The notes beneath the pieces were generated by a model. That model ran no database searches and had not been told where the DNA came from. It saw only the letters and a program-made list of their open reading frames with translations. A program made the translations under genes and the position numbers. A DNA stretch of 64,000 bases from assembly GCA_043743535.1 (NCBI GenBank), contig JAYTWI010000020.1, positions 10,039 to 74,038 on the forward strand. The letters are read 5' to 3'. Numbering within the stretch: the stretch's first letter is position 1; each line of letters begins with the position of its first letter. This document shows, piece after piece, positions 27,884-39,000 of the stretch. This DNA comes from Candidatus Moraniibacteriota bacterium (GTDB lineage Bacteria > Patescibacteriota > Minisyncoccia > Moranbacterales > UBA1568).

Positions 27884-29077
27884 TTATTCAGCCGGGGTCC
27901 AGTTGAAAGCCTGTCCAGGCACCATCACCTCTACCCAGATCTGGCCGGGAACAAATTTGACCTCATTGCTACTTTCATCATAAAACGTCAGTTTGTTCTC
28001 AGCACTGGATTTGTCTTTGCGCCACGTACCACGGTATGTCTGACCATTCATATAATAGAAGGCGCTGCCACTGTCGATAGTATCAAACCATGGGTCACCT
28101 AACTGTAGATTATTGTAGCGACCGGAAATATTGGTCGGACCAGTTTTTTCTTCGGCTGGTAAACCATCCCATGGATCCTGTACTCCGCGTCCTTTGTAAT
28201 CAACCGTGGCCAAAATCTGTTCGTTCTCTGCTACGACGACGACGATATTCTTAGGAGCGATGCGTTCTTTGTTGTTACGATCAGTGTCCGGCACGCCACC
28301 CCAGGTACGTGGATAATTGTTGGCCTGTGGGGCGTAGTCATAGTCCGCCGCCATGATACCAGGATAACCGATGTGGAGATGACCACCCTTGGGCCTAGCA
28401 TCCATATTTGCCTCTTCTTGGTGCGGATAGCCCGCAAACTTGCTCTCCAGGCGGTAGCCAAAATTCTTCGCCCCCTCGAGTACTTTGGCAAACTTCACGT
28501 AACCAGTATCTTCGATACGCATCGGACCAGTGCGCTCTTTGCGGAAACAATACTCGGATGCCTTATGCCCACCCTGACCATTGCAGTCAAGGTTATCGAT
28601 TACGCCGTCATTCAATTTCTTGATAGCAAAGGCCGAGCCGCCCCAGCCGACAAAGATAGCGTCCAAACCCTTGGCCACATTGATATAATCATGCCGAGCG
28701 CTTCTGATCGAGCCTACTTCTTCCGGGTTACCGCACTGGTACACTCCCATCATCCGAGTGACGAAAATCCCCGTCGCTGGATTGGGCATTTCAAAAACCA
28801 TATCGGCCTGAGAGAGACCAGCCACTGGCCGCGCCTGCGAGTCTACTGGCTGCATAATTGCTACCGGACGACGGTTCCAGTCAGCACAAGAGACACCAGA
28901 AAGCGCTCCTACTGGACCCGTGTTGGCTGGACCAGTCGACGCCACCGACGGAGATTGATTCTTATTGTTTAGCTCGATTGGCTTGCGCGCCTGCTTGTTA
29001 CTGAAAGTAAAATAATAGACGAGCCCTCCTAATGTAAGCACTACCAAGAGAACAACCAACTTCTGTTTCGCACTCAT
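27884..29077 (-). CDS. DUF3048-family membrane-anchored protein
   Basis: RPVAIM, ARPVAGLSQADMVFE, GSIRSAR, PGQIWV. Confidence 0.8.
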   Translation of the reverse strand: MSAKQKLVVLLVVLTLGGLVYYFTFSNKQARKPIELNNKNQSPSVASTGPANTGPVGALSGVSCADWNRRPVAIMQPVDSQARPVAGLSQADMVFEMPNPATGIFVTRMMGVYQCGNPEEVGSIRSARHDYINVAKGLDAIFVGWGGSAFAIKKLNDGVIDNLDCNGQGGHKASEYCFRKERTGPMRIEDTGYVKFAKVLEGAKNFGYRLESKFAGYPHQEEANMDARPKGGHLHIGYPGIMAADYDYAPQANNYPRTWGGVPDTDRNNKERIAPKNIVVVVAENEQILATVDYKGRGVQDPWDGLPAEEKTGPTNISGRYNNLQLGDPWFDTIDSGSAFYYMNGQTYRGTWRKDKSSAENKLTFYDESSNEVKFVPGQIWVEVMVPGQAFNWTPAE

Positions 29078-29090
29078 ATATGTTTGATAA

Positions 29091-29942
29091 TTACTTTTGA
29101 CAGTGGGGGCAGAAGAAAACACTTCGACTGCCTAATACTTTTCGTTCTATTATTGTACCACATTTCTTGCATGGCTTCTTGGTTCGCCCATAGACAGAGA
29201 GCGTCTTCTGAAAGCGCCCTTCTAAGCCATCTGTATCACGAAAATCCCCGTCGCTCGTGCCGCGCAGCCTTACCGCGAGCCTGAGCACTCGTTTGATGGC
29301 TGGCAGTATCTTTTTCTCTTCATCGAATGAGAGGGTGCTGATGCGCCGCATAGGGAGCACCCCTGCGAGAAATAGTGCTTCACTACGGTAAATATTACCG
29401 ATACCAGCAATGTGATGCTGTTCCAGTAACATCTCCCCGATGGGGCGATTGGCTCGTAGTAACAGTAGTTCACCAAACATTTTTTGATTGAGTGTAGGTG
29501 AGAGGGCGTCAACCCCTAGGCTCGCGATGCTCGGCAATGTTTCCACTTCCCCCGTTTTCATAAGTTTAAGCCAGCCGAATTTTCGCATATCAGAGAACTC
29601 CAGTGTTGTGCCATCGGTGAACGTAAATATATGGTGGATGTAACCATTGACCCGATCTGCCGTAAAGGCCCGCGACTGACGATTACCTTCATTTTTGATC
29701 AAAAAATGCCCCGTCATCTTCAAATGAGCCACGATGGAATAGTCATTGGAAAGATCAATGATCACGTGCTTGCCCAAGCGCCTCGTCCCCGAAATAGTCG
29801 CTCCCTTGGTAAGACGGCGAAAGGTAGTCGGAGGCGTCAAGATTTTTTTTTGCCAATCACTCCAAAATCTGGCGATGGTTTTCCCCACGATCTTCTTCCT
29901 AAGCTGAGTAACCACTGTTTGTACTTCTGGTAGCTCGGGCAT
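29091..29942 (-). CDS. mutM: Formamidopyrimidine-DNA glycosylase
   Basis: MPELPEV, HLKMTG, DMRKFG, AGIGNIY, C-terminal zinc finger. Confidence 0.95.
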   Translation of the reverse strand: MPELPEVQTVVTQLRKKIVGKTIARFWSDWQKKILTPPTTFRRLTKGATISGTRRLGKHVIIDLSNDYSIVAHLKMTGHFLIKNEGNRQSRAFTADRVNGYIHHIFTFTDGTTLEFSDMRKFGWLKLMKTGEVETLPSIASLGVDALSPTLNQKMFGELLLLRANRPIGEMLLEQHHIAGIGNIYRSEALFLAGVLPMRRISTLSFDEEKKILPAIKRVLRLAVRLRGTSDGDFRDTDGLEGRFQKTLSVYGRTKKPCKKCGTIIERKVLGSRSVFFCPHCQK

Positions 29943-30035
29943 ATTCTGCGAAATTTCCAATGACTCAATTTTTTAAAAATGTTGCATGCGGTGACGCATA
30001 ATTCATTGTAATTCTTTTTGATGCGCAAAGCGAGA

Positions 30036-30064
30036 TTGACGCAAAGTCTTTTTTCTGCTATACT
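30036..30064 (+). promoter_or_regulatory. Sigma70-type promoter
   Basis: TTGACG-N17-TATACT. Confidence 0.7.
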
Positions 30065-30127
30065 ACGGGGGTAATAAAGAACGGGTGTCCCCCGTTCTTT
30101 CTATTTTTAATCAGGTAAAACAAAGCT

Positions 30128-30481
30128 ATGACTGAAGGGAAATTTTATGCCGGTGGAGTACAACGCTTCTCTAGAGAGGGCAGTTCGTTACAAGAAAGAA
30201 GTATAAAATTCGATCAATCGCCCTTTCTCTTGAAGCTGGAGCAGCTACGAGCTGGTAATGCCAAAGAAATCGCTGAAAAATATGAAATTGGTAGGCTGGT
30301 AGATGATTTACTTTCCGATCATGACAGGGATCCAGGGCTACTGACAGAAGACATTTGTACCGATTTCCTCAATAGAAATCCTGGGTTTGAAGGCTATCAT
30401 CCTGCACTTGTCAGAGCCGTAGCCGAAGAAATCGAAGTAAAGCGAAGAGCAAAAGAGGCTCTACGAAATACCAAGCACTGA
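30128..30481 (+). CDS. Hypothetical protein
   Basis: 117-aa ORF with its own promoter and terminator (ACCGGCT-TCGC-AGCCGGT-T run near 30490). Confidence 0.65.
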   Translation: MTEGKFYAGGVQRFSREGSSLQERSIKFDQSPFLLKLEQLRAGNAKEIAEKYEIGRLVDDLLSDHDRDPGLLTEDICTDFLNRNPGFEGYHPALVRAVAEEIEVKRRAKEALRNTKH

Positions 30482-30565
30482 AACTTAATACCGGCTTCGC
30501 AGCCGGTTTTTTCTTGTCTTTCTTCCCTAACAAGCTCATCGACTCATAGGACTGTAAAGCTCTTC

Positions 30566-33181
30566 CTAAATTTCTCCCCAGTTTTTCCCAACAAGTGTCT
30601 CGGCGATAAGCGGCACACGAAGGGGATAAACACTCTCCATCGCTTTTTTAATTTCTCGAACAAAGATCTCCGCTTTTTCTTCTTTGACCTCAAAAATCAA
30701 TTCATCGTGCACCTGTAGCAGCATCCGAGCATCAGCGCCATATTTCGCCACTACTTTTTCACAGGCGAGCATGGCAAGCTTCATAATATCCGCTGCCAAG
30801 CCTTGGATGGGCATATTGATCGCCATCCGTTCGGCCGCCCGGGCAATTTGCACATTGCCACTTTCAATCTCTTTGGTATAGCGCCGCCGCCCCAATTCCG
30901 TTTCCACATAATGATTTTTTCTGGCTCCCTCTTTCATCTCTTCGATATATTTCGCCACGCCAGAAAATTTTTCAAAATACGCTTGAATGAACTGCGCCGC
31001 TTCCTTTTGATCAATCTCGGCTGCCTGGGATAATCCGTACGCTCCCATACCGTACATAATACCGAAATTGAAAACCTTGGCCTGACGACGCATTTCCGGG
31101 GTCACTTCTTCCGGGGTCACTTTGTAGACTACCGAAGCGGTGGTTTTGTGGACATCTTCCTGATGGCGGAAGGCCGCCACTAACGCTTTATCCTGGCTCA
31201 AATGAGCCATCATTCGCAGTTCAATCTGAGAATAGTCCGCCCCCACCAAAACATAGCCCTTGTCCGCTTCAAAGGCTCCACGGATGCGTTCGCTCCACAC
31301 GCTCCTTGCAGGAATATTTTGCAAATTCGGATCCATGGAAGAGAGTCGTCCAGTTGACGCCACTGCCTGATGGTAGGTGGTATGGATGCGGCCATCAGAT
31401 TGTACCAATCCCGGCAGAACATCGAGGTAGGTATTTTTCAATTTTGTTAGCTCACGGTAATGCTCAATTTTCTCGATGATGGGATAGGCTTTCAATTTTT
31501 GCAATTCAGGAGAGGCAGTGGAAATACCCGTCTTGGTTTTCTTAATGTTGCTCGTGGGAATACCGAGATCCTCGAAAAGAACCACTGCCAGCTGTTTGGG
31601 CGAATTGATATTGAACTCTTTGTCAGCAAAAGTGTAGATGCTTTTTTCAAGCTTGGTAATTTCCACCGCCAGTTCCGCTGACAATTCTTGCAATTTCTTG
31701 CCATTCAAAATAATGCCATTTTTCTCCATAACAAAGAGCGTGCAGAGAAGTGGCATTTCAATGTTTTCAAAAACAGTAGAGAGCGTCTTACTTTTCGTTT
31801 GTGTCTTACTCACTTCATGCAATTTTTCCCGATAGCGCTCCTCCAATTTCAGTAGATAGGGTGCCGCAAAAAACGGAGTCTCCTCACTGTATTCGACAAG
31901 CACCAAGTATTCCAGATCGACATTGCCCCCAGAATCCAAAAGATAGGCTGCAAGCAAAACATCGAAAATAACTCCCCGTAAAATAATTCCCTCCCCATCG
32001 AACACATGCATAAGCGCCTTGGCATCGTAAAGAACTTTCGCCATTTTTTCGTCTTGCAAAAATGGCTTGAGAACTTTTTTATTTTCTTCGTTCCATGTAA
32101 CCACAAAACTTTCTTCTCCATGTGCCGACAAATGAACTGATTGTATGGCCGCCCCAAAAAGTGACTGGGTTTCTTGCTCCACCCACAAAGCTATTTTCTT
32201 CCCCCGCGACTTTTGAAAAAACTCCTCAATTTCTTTTTTTGTTTTCAGTGCCTGTTCCTTCGTTTTCTTCTCTTTTTTTCCTGCCTCTTGCTTCATATCT
32301 CCTCCCCCAGCACTGCCTGCTAAACGCTTTATCAAGCTGAAAAACCCCAAGTGCTGAAACATCTTGGTGATGGTGCTCCGCTCAAAATCTGTGGCTAAAG
32401 CGGCAGTCAAATCGAGATGCACCGGTACCGCCGTATGTATCCGTCCCAAATCACGCGATAAAAAGGCCTTCTCTTTATCAGCGGCCAATTTCATCTGCAC
32501 CGCCGGTTTCAATTCTGCCAGTGCCGCATACACTCCCTCGAGATTAGTATATTTTTGCAACAATTCCGTGGCAGTTTTTTCGCCAATACCTTTCACACCC
32601 GGAATATTATCCGATGGGTCACCACGCAAACCCTTATAGTCGGGCAGCTGCTCTGGCGTAAATCCATATTTGGCAAACACTCCCTTTTCATCAAAGAGTA
32701 CCAGATCCTTGATTCCCTTACGAATAGAAAATACTTTGACATGTGCCGTGACCAATTGCAGAATATCGTTGTCTCCGGTCACGATGATCACGTCGACTCC
32801 TTCTTTCTCCGCCTGCCGAGCCAGCGTCCCCACACAGTCGTCTGCCTCGAAACCAGCCTGTTCATAAATAGGAATATTGAAGGCGCGCACCACTTCTTTG
32901 ACCAGCGGAAATTGCGCCACCAAATCATCTGGCGTCTTGGTACGCGTCGCTTTGTAGTCGACATACATCTCATCACGAAACGTTTTGCCCGGTAAATCGA
33001 AAGAAGCCGCGATATATTCCGGATGAAATTTTTCCAAAACCGCGAGCAAAGTCATCGAGAAACCATAAACCGCATTGACCACTTGACCGTCTTTGCTCGT
33101 GAGTGGCGGCAAAGCATGGTACGCCCGATGAATGAGCGCGTTACCATCAAGCAGAACCAAAATTTTGGGATGTTTTTGCAT
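30566..33181 (-). CDS. polA: DNA polymerase I
   Basis: LLDGNALIHRAYHA 5'-3' exonuclease, GRLSS.DPNLQNIP, DYSQIELR, QVHDEL. Confidence 0.97.
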   Translation of the reverse strand: MQKHPKILVLLDGNALIHRAYHALPPLTSKDGQVVNAVYGFSMTLLAVLEKFHPEYIAASFDLPGKTFRDEMYVDYKATRTKTPDDLVAQFPLVKEVVRAFNIPIYEQAGFEADDCVGTLARQAEKEGVDVIIVTGDNDILQLVTAHVKVFSIRKGIKDLVLFDEKGVFAKYGFTPEQLPDYKGLRGDPSDNIPGVKGIGEKTATELLQKYTNLEGVYAALAELKPAVQMKLAADKEKAFLSRDLGRIHTAVPVHLDLTAALATDFERSTITKMFQHLGFFSLIKRLAGSAGGGDMKQEAGKKEKKTKEQALKTKKEIEEFFQKSRGKKIALWVEQETQSLFGAAIQSVHLSAHGEESFVVTWNEENKKVLKPFLQDEKMAKVLYDAKALMHVFDGEGIILRGVIFDVLLAAYLLDSGGNVDLEYLVLVEYSEETPFFAAPYLLKLEERYREKLHEVSKTQTKSKTLSTVFENIEMPLLCTLFVMEKNGIILNGKKLQELSAELAVEITKLEKSIYTFADKEFNINSPKQLAVVLFEDLGIPTSNIKKTKTGISTASPELQKLKAYPIIEKIEHYRELTKLKNTYLDVLPGLVQSDGRIHTTYHQAVASTGRLSSMDPNLQNIPARSVWSERIRGAFEADKGYVLVGADYSQIELRMMAHLSQDKALVAAFRHQEDVHKTTASVVYKVTPEEVTPEMRRQAKVFNFGIMYGMGAYGLSQAAEIDQKEAAQFIQAYFEKFSGVAKYIEEMKEGARKNHYVETELGRRRYTKEIESGNVQIARAAERMAINMPIQGLAADIMKLAMLACEKVVAKYGADARMLLQVHDELIFEVKEEKAEIFVREIKKAMESVYPLRVPLIAETLVGKNWGEI

Positions 33182-33185
33182 ACTC

Positions 33186-34319
33186 CTACTTTCCGTTTTC
33201 CTCCAAAAAATTGTTGAGATAATTTTCTCGATTGATCACCAAAAACACACTCTCGGGGTAGCTGGCTCGCCAAAGCTTTGGCTCTTTTGCATCGGCCTGC
33301 CATTTGCATTCGATGGCCGTCAACATTCCACTACTCTCACGAATGATATCCACTTCTTTGCCAGTATGTGTGCGCCAAAAGTAGTACTGGTCATTTTTCC
33401 TCTGCAAAATGCTTTGTTTGTATAATTCCATAAAAACAAAATTTTCCCAGAGACTCCCCATATCGTTCCGATTGGTCAGGCTATTGAACTGTCCGATGAC
33501 GGCATTACGCACCCCTAAATCAAGAAAATAATATTTCGATTTCTTGGAAATTTCATTGCGCAGATTACGATTAAAACCACGCACTTTCTTGATAACAAAC
33601 ATCTTCTCCAATACATCGAGATAGCGCCCCACCGTCTTCACATCGGTTTTCACTGTATTGGCGATCTCATTCTGCGAGACCTCGTTGCCGATTTGAAACG
33701 CCAGACATTTCGTAATATCACGCAACAAATCAGGCGACTTGATCTTATCCAAAACCAAAATATCTTTATACAGATAGGAGGAAACGAGTTCGTTCAATAT
33801 CCGCTCTTTATCAAAACGATCCTTGGTAACCAACACTTCTGGATACGAGCCGTAAATAAGAAAATCGTCCAAAGTATTTTGCAGTTCAAATCGACTCCCG
33901 CTCATTTCTGATTGAGCGAGTGGTAGAAGCGTCAAGGTAAAATGTCGCCCCGTCAATGGCTCACCGATTTTTGATGACAGGTCAAATGAGGAGGATCCGG
34001 TGAGAATCAGTTCTTTTTCAGGGAAAGCATCGATAATCATTTTTGTTCCCAGACCAATACTCGGCACCTGTTGTGCTTCGTCGATGGCAATGATGTCATA
34101 CGGTCTCGCAAAATCCAAAAGGTCGTCTCGCATTTCTTTCCCAAAAAGCTCCCGTATCCGAAAATCGTCTCCGGTGACAGAAAAAATTGCTCTCTTCCCC
34201 TGTTTTGCGAGATAAGCATTAAGGAGGGTCGTCTTCCCTACTCTTCGTGGTCCATAGATAACCAGAGCGCGTTTTGGTGCCACTACACTCTCTATATCCT
34301 GTTTCCGAAGGAATTTCAT
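33186..34319 (-). CDS. AAA ATPase (AAA_14 plus DUF4143 type)
   Basis: GPRRVGKT, IDEAQ, LTGSS, YFLDLG, WENF, EVD...IECK. Confidence 0.9.
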   Translation of the reverse strand: MKFLRKQDIESVVAPKRALVIYGPRRVGKTTLLNAYLAKQGKRAIFSVTGDDFRIRELFGKEMRDDLLDFARPYDIIAIDEAQQVPSIGLGTKMIIDAFPEKELILTGSSSFDLSSKIGEPLTGRHFTLTLLPLAQSEMSGSRFELQNTLDDFLIYGSYPEVLVTKDRFDKERILNELVSSYLYKDILVLDKIKSPDLLRDITKCLAFQIGNEVSQNEIANTVKTDVKTVGRYLDVLEKMFVIKKVRGFNRNLRNEISKKSKYYFLDLGVRNAVIGQFNSLTNRNDMGSLWENFVFMELYKQSILQRKNDQYYFWRTHTGKEVDIIRESSGMLTAIECKWQADAKEPKLWRASYPESVFLVINRENYLNNFLEENGK

Positions 34320-34381
34320 ATATTTATGGTACACCAAACCATAAATATTGTCAAATATATGGTTTTCAATACCATATATTT
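34320..34381 (-). promoter_or_regulatory. Leaderless promoter flanked by two palindromic operators
   Basis: TTGACA-N17-TACCAT-N6-ATG; two perfect 11-N7-11 palindromes with core ATGGT-N7-ACCAT. Confidence 0.75.
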
Positions 34382-34395
34382 ACATTTTATAACAC

Positions 34396-34510
34396 AGTAA
34401 TCAGTGGTGACAGTGCGTAATAGACCCGATGGATAATGGCATTCCCATCTTGCCAGAATGCCTATAAATAGGCGGGTCGAGCAACACCAAAACTTTCAGA
34501 CGTTTTCCAT
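34396..34510 (-). pseudogene. Relic of the polA 5' end
   Basis: ME(K)RLKVLVLLD/DGNAIIHRVYYALSPL aligns to PolA MQKHPKILVLLDGNALIHRAYHALPPL; 1-nt deletion and a 26-bp insertion. Confidence 0.8.
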
Positions 34511-34630
34511 GTTTTCAGTATACGTCCCCCCGCTCTAATCTCGCAAAAAAAGCTAGAGGAAGAGTCGCTGTGGAATTTTAGTGAACCAGCATCGCTGCTA
34601 CTGCCACAAACTCAGTTTCATTGGAATGAC

Positions 34631-35953
34631 TTAGATACTTCGCAAATCCCAGGATTCTATCGAGTTGCTTTTTAGAGGTGATAACGTCTCCCGACCAACG
34701 AACTGCCTCCTTACTATTTCCTCAAAAACAGCACATATTTTTTCCGCATCGACTGTAGGATCATATGTAGCAAATTTTTGTGGGTTATAGTTTGATTGGA
34801 ATGTCTCTAGAGCCATGGTCATCATTTCCTCTCGAGTCGGGGTAGTATAGCCGTCCTTGCCCAGGGCTCTCCAATATTTCCTGAGTGAGAGAACACAATC
34901 ACGCATATCTTTCATATATCCTACTCTCACATCTCTGTACATATTCGTTCTGGCACTGATGTCATCATTCTCAAAACCAGGCAACTTATTAATATTAATA
35001 CTTTTCACCGCAGCAGTATCAACAATCTCTCCCATCAACGTCAAGTTGGAAGAGTGCATGTGATAGTAAGTTAGTCCGTGAGAGATAAGAAGCGCCAGGT
35101 TCTTAATATGTTGCTTGAACATCGTGTCAAAGTACATTCTTTGGTGCTCTGGATTATCAATCTGTAGCTGGGGCGTATCTCTTTTTTCAAGTTTTGCTTC
35201 CTCGTTGAAAGCCCCATATACGGCTAAAAGCATATCTTTTTTATCTTTTCCATTTTCACTTTCTACATATTCTTCTATCCTTCGATTACTTCTCAGAAGC
35301 CTCACGCCCATGTATGGCCTATTTTGTTCACTAGCGTCTACGATGCCCCGTTCTCGTGCTTGATCCAAATTAAGCAGTTCCCCATTAAAACTTACCTTAT
35401 TTACCTGAGCAATAACCCAGTAGAGTTCTGATCGAATGCCAATAGCAGTCAGTCTTTTTGTTAATTCGACCAGATCATACATCCATTCAAAATCCTCCCT
35501 CGTTGCATGCCCCAAATTTATAGTACTTCCATATTCATTACGCGTTTTAAGGGAGGAGGGGCTGTTGTCCTTCATAACTTCACCCTTTACCATTCCGATA
35601 CCCTTGGTAGAAATATCAAAGTAATGATGCTCTATACCAGATTCGTCAGGGTATGAGGTGTGCCCAGGCGTGTCCACTGAACGCCAGTGTGGTGGCCTTC
35701 CTAAGACAACATTCTTCGTTCCGTCACTATTATCAATCATGTATAAAAAATCTTCGGCTTGTGCATTGCCATCAGCCTGAATTTTCTGATTTTTAAAAAC
35801 GATCTGATAGTCCTCGGGTTTCAAGGTTTCAAGCAGTACTGGGTGCGGATTAACGCCAGCAATAGTTCTTCCTCCGCGCTCCAGTCCCTCTGTTTTTCGC
35901 GGATCAGGAATGCGACTATAGCCTGCAAAATGTGGCTGCTCTAAAGTGCGCAT
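34631..35953 (-). CDS. Hypothetical protein with SelO/YdiU-like kinase-fold motifs
   Basis: DISTKGIG and YYHMHSSNLTLMGEIVD resemble SelO KGxG and HGVMNTDN...D. Confidence 0.55.
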   Translation of the reverse strand: MRTLEQPHFAGYSRIPDPRKTEGLERGGRTIAGVNPHPVLLETLKPEDYQIVFKNQKIQADGNAQAEDFLYMIDNSDGTKNVVLGRPPHWRSVDTPGHTSYPDESGIEHHYFDISTKGIGMVKGEVMKDNSPSSLKTRNEYGSTINLGHATREDFEWMYDLVELTKRLTAIGIRSELYWVIAQVNKVSFNGELLNLDQARERGIVDASEQNRPYMGVRLLRSNRRIEEYVESENGKDKKDMLLAVYGAFNEEAKLEKRDTPQLQIDNPEHQRMYFDTMFKQHIKNLALLISHGLTYYHMHSSNLTLMGEIVDTAAVKSININKLPGFENDDISARTNMYRDVRVGYMKDMRDCVLSLRKYWRALGKDGYTTPTREEMMTMALETFQSNYNPQKFATYDPTVDAEKICAVFEEIVRRQFVGRETLSPLKSNSIESWDLRSI

Positions 35954-36038
35954 AAAGTATAGTTAGTTTATACAACATTTTTGAATAAGGTCGGTACAAT
36001 CATGACACGATAGAATAATTACTTCTCTTTTGCCTACT

Positions 36039-39000
36039 TCACTTCAATACACCGACATCCTCTGGCGAGATAAAGAAGCAGTTTTGAGTGATACTATACC
36101 CATTAAAGTCAGTCTCCCTCTGGGGCAGACCAGTAACTCTATTTTTCGTAGCAAATTCAGGATTCCTTTTCAAAGTAGCCAGGAAATTAAAGACGGCGTT
36201 TCTATTGGAGGCACCCCCCCCACGGTGGTCATCAATAACGATAGCGACCTGGGCGTCTTTCTTATCAGCGACCTCCCTCACATACTGTACTATTTTTCGT
36301 ACAAAGTCAGAAACCTTGAGTTGATTGATGGTGTTTTCAATTGGATTTAAACCACGAATAACCATGAGTTTTTGACCACTGGCTGTGGTGGCCTCAATAA
36401 CGACGCAAGCCCCTGCCAATCGCTCTTCTTTTTCTTTGCCAGGATTTTGCTTGAAGACAAGCGCTGTAAAATTGGGAAATTTCTCGGCGATTGAACCATA
36501 CTTGGATGCCCAACAAGCATCCGCAATATGGCCAGAGAGCTCCATGAGCGTACCTCGACTCGGTAGGATTTCAAATGGTGTTTTCCCCTTTGTCTCAACA
36601 TTAGTAGCATCCCGCACGGCTTTAGCAAGTGTCGCCGTGTCTAAGAGATCATCAAACTTCTTGGCAACACTGGTAGTGGAAAAATATGTCCTAAGAGTCT
36701 CCTGGTTAGTAATATGATCAACAAACTCAATCACCTTAGAAACATTGGCCACCGAAATATTTGCTTCCGCGTCCTGCACATCAAATTCCATCCAGGAAGG
36801 ATTCTTGCGCAACGCTAAGGAAAAAACAGCTTCCTGAATAATAGGCCGACATCCTTTGATATCGAGGAGTATATCCATATTTGTCTGGAGATCCTGCACT
36901 GAGCGTATGTTCACTGTTTCTAGCCCAGCAACTTTCTCTTCCAAATTCTGTCTAGCTTTTTCATTGGTAAGTAATGGGAGTTTTGCTCGATAAGTATCAA
37001 TGGTCTGAGTAGTTATAACTCGCAACTTCTCTGCATACTGAGAAAAAACCTTGCTACCTTCTAAACTTTTTTGAGCTTCTCCAAGGCTTCGCAATAATGC
37101 TATGTATTTACTAACAACGTCTTCTGTCCACTGATGCTCTGTCACTGCCTTGGCATCCAAAGTCTGGATATCTACTCTCTTGGCCACAAATGCGGCGTCC
37201 GGCTTCATCGGTTCTATGGCCAATACTCTTTTAAGTTCCCCTATGGTCTTTTCACCAAAGCCAGCTTCATCAAAGCGAACATACTTCTTAAAATAGTCTA
37301 ACAGAATCGGATGAGCAAATACTCGTTCCTTGTCAATTACATCATTCCCCCAGTCCACTCGCTCCTTGCGTAATAATTGTAAAAATTTATTCACAAGCTC
37401 TTTACCTGTCGCTTTAAACCGAATCTGGGGGATTTCAACTTCTTCTGTTTCTGCGATGAAGCCTTCCTTAGATAGAACCTCTAAATCATCAATCCGGGTA
37501 GCAAAAGGAAATATAGCTTTACCAATCACTACTTTTTCTTCTTTACTTAATAAAAAATTTCTACTGACACTAGTAATTTTATTGATAAGATCTTTATCCC
37601 CGAACTTACACAGAGCTACCGTGCCTTCTACAACAGCCTCTCGGATCTCTGGCGATTTCAGGACTGTTTCTGGAAGAGAGAATACTTGAATAATTTCGAG
37701 GGCATCATAGAAATCATGAGATTTGATTCGTGCAAGCATACCTTCTCTGGCGGCTTTCTGGATCTCTGGCGATTTCAGGACTGTTTCTGGAAGAGAGATT
37801 GCTTTAATGATTGCACGGACTCTCGGGGTAAAATTATTACTACTACCTTTCCTGAGTTGAACTGCTATACTCTCTCCTGCGACTTCGAAAATGACAGCTT
37901 CAGAGAAATGAAAGGTTTTGGCGATGTTGAGAGCCTGACTAACATTGATATCATCAGAACTGAGTTGTGCCACCATGTTCTCTTTTGCTGCTTGTTGAAT
38001 TTCTGGTAATTTGAGGACCGCCTGGGGCGGAGAGAACTCATAAATAATAGAAATGGCACTATCTGCATTGCCAGTCTGGAGATATGTCATCATAGCCTCT
38101 CTTGCGAGTTTGCGGACGACGGCTTCAGAAAAAATATGGCACGTAGTGGCAATTCTTCTGGCAATGCAGATATTGCCATTTCTGAGTTGTGCAGCCACTC
38201 CTTCTCTTGCAGCTTGTTGAATTTCTGGTAATCCCATGGCTGTTTTTGGGAGAGAAAAAGTCTTAATAGTTGTGGGGACAGTGCCTATATTGCCATTTCT
38301 GAGTTGTGCCACCATGTTCTCTTTTGCAGCTTGTTGAATTTCTGGTAATCCGATAAAAGTTTTTGGGAGAGCGAATACGTCTATAATTTTAAGAGCTCTT
38401 GCAATAGAATTATTGTCTGTAAACTTGAGCTGTGTGGCCAGTCCTTCACTGGCAGCTTGATAAATGAGTGCTTCAGGAAGCTTGAAGGTCTCGATAAATC
38501 GAGGAACAAAATCAGCCTCATCCCCATAACTTTGGCCTTTGCTTAAAATATCAACAAGTCCCGCCCTAGCTATGGTTTGCACATTATTTGATTGAATCTG
38601 CCTGCCCGAAAGTGAAAAAGTTTCAACAAACGCCATTGCTGACCACCATTCACCCGCATTCAGTTTCTCAAGCATAGCCTGGCTTGCCAGAGATCGAAGT
38701 GGGGATGTGTCTGAAGATTTAAAAGCGCCCAATTTCTGCAAATCTTTAATCTGAAATAAAAATTCAGTAAGCGCCCCGTTACGAACAGCCATCATTTGCC
38801 TCATAATACACTCCGTACTCAACTTGTCGATATCCAAAAAACTCTTGTCGGTATATTGCAAAATATGAACAAGTGCGCGAAACGAAAGAGAAGTATTTTG
38901 AATGTGCTTTGCTGATTCCTGGGAGAGAGGGATAGTACCCGGGAGAATACTTCTCAGTGAGGAGTCGTCCTCAAATACTTCATCAATATTTTTTATGTTG

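Noticed and set aside
37643-38350. CRISPR array
   Set aside because: Repeats are in-frame 117-bp coding units with related intervening sequence; no array or cas gene seen in the window.
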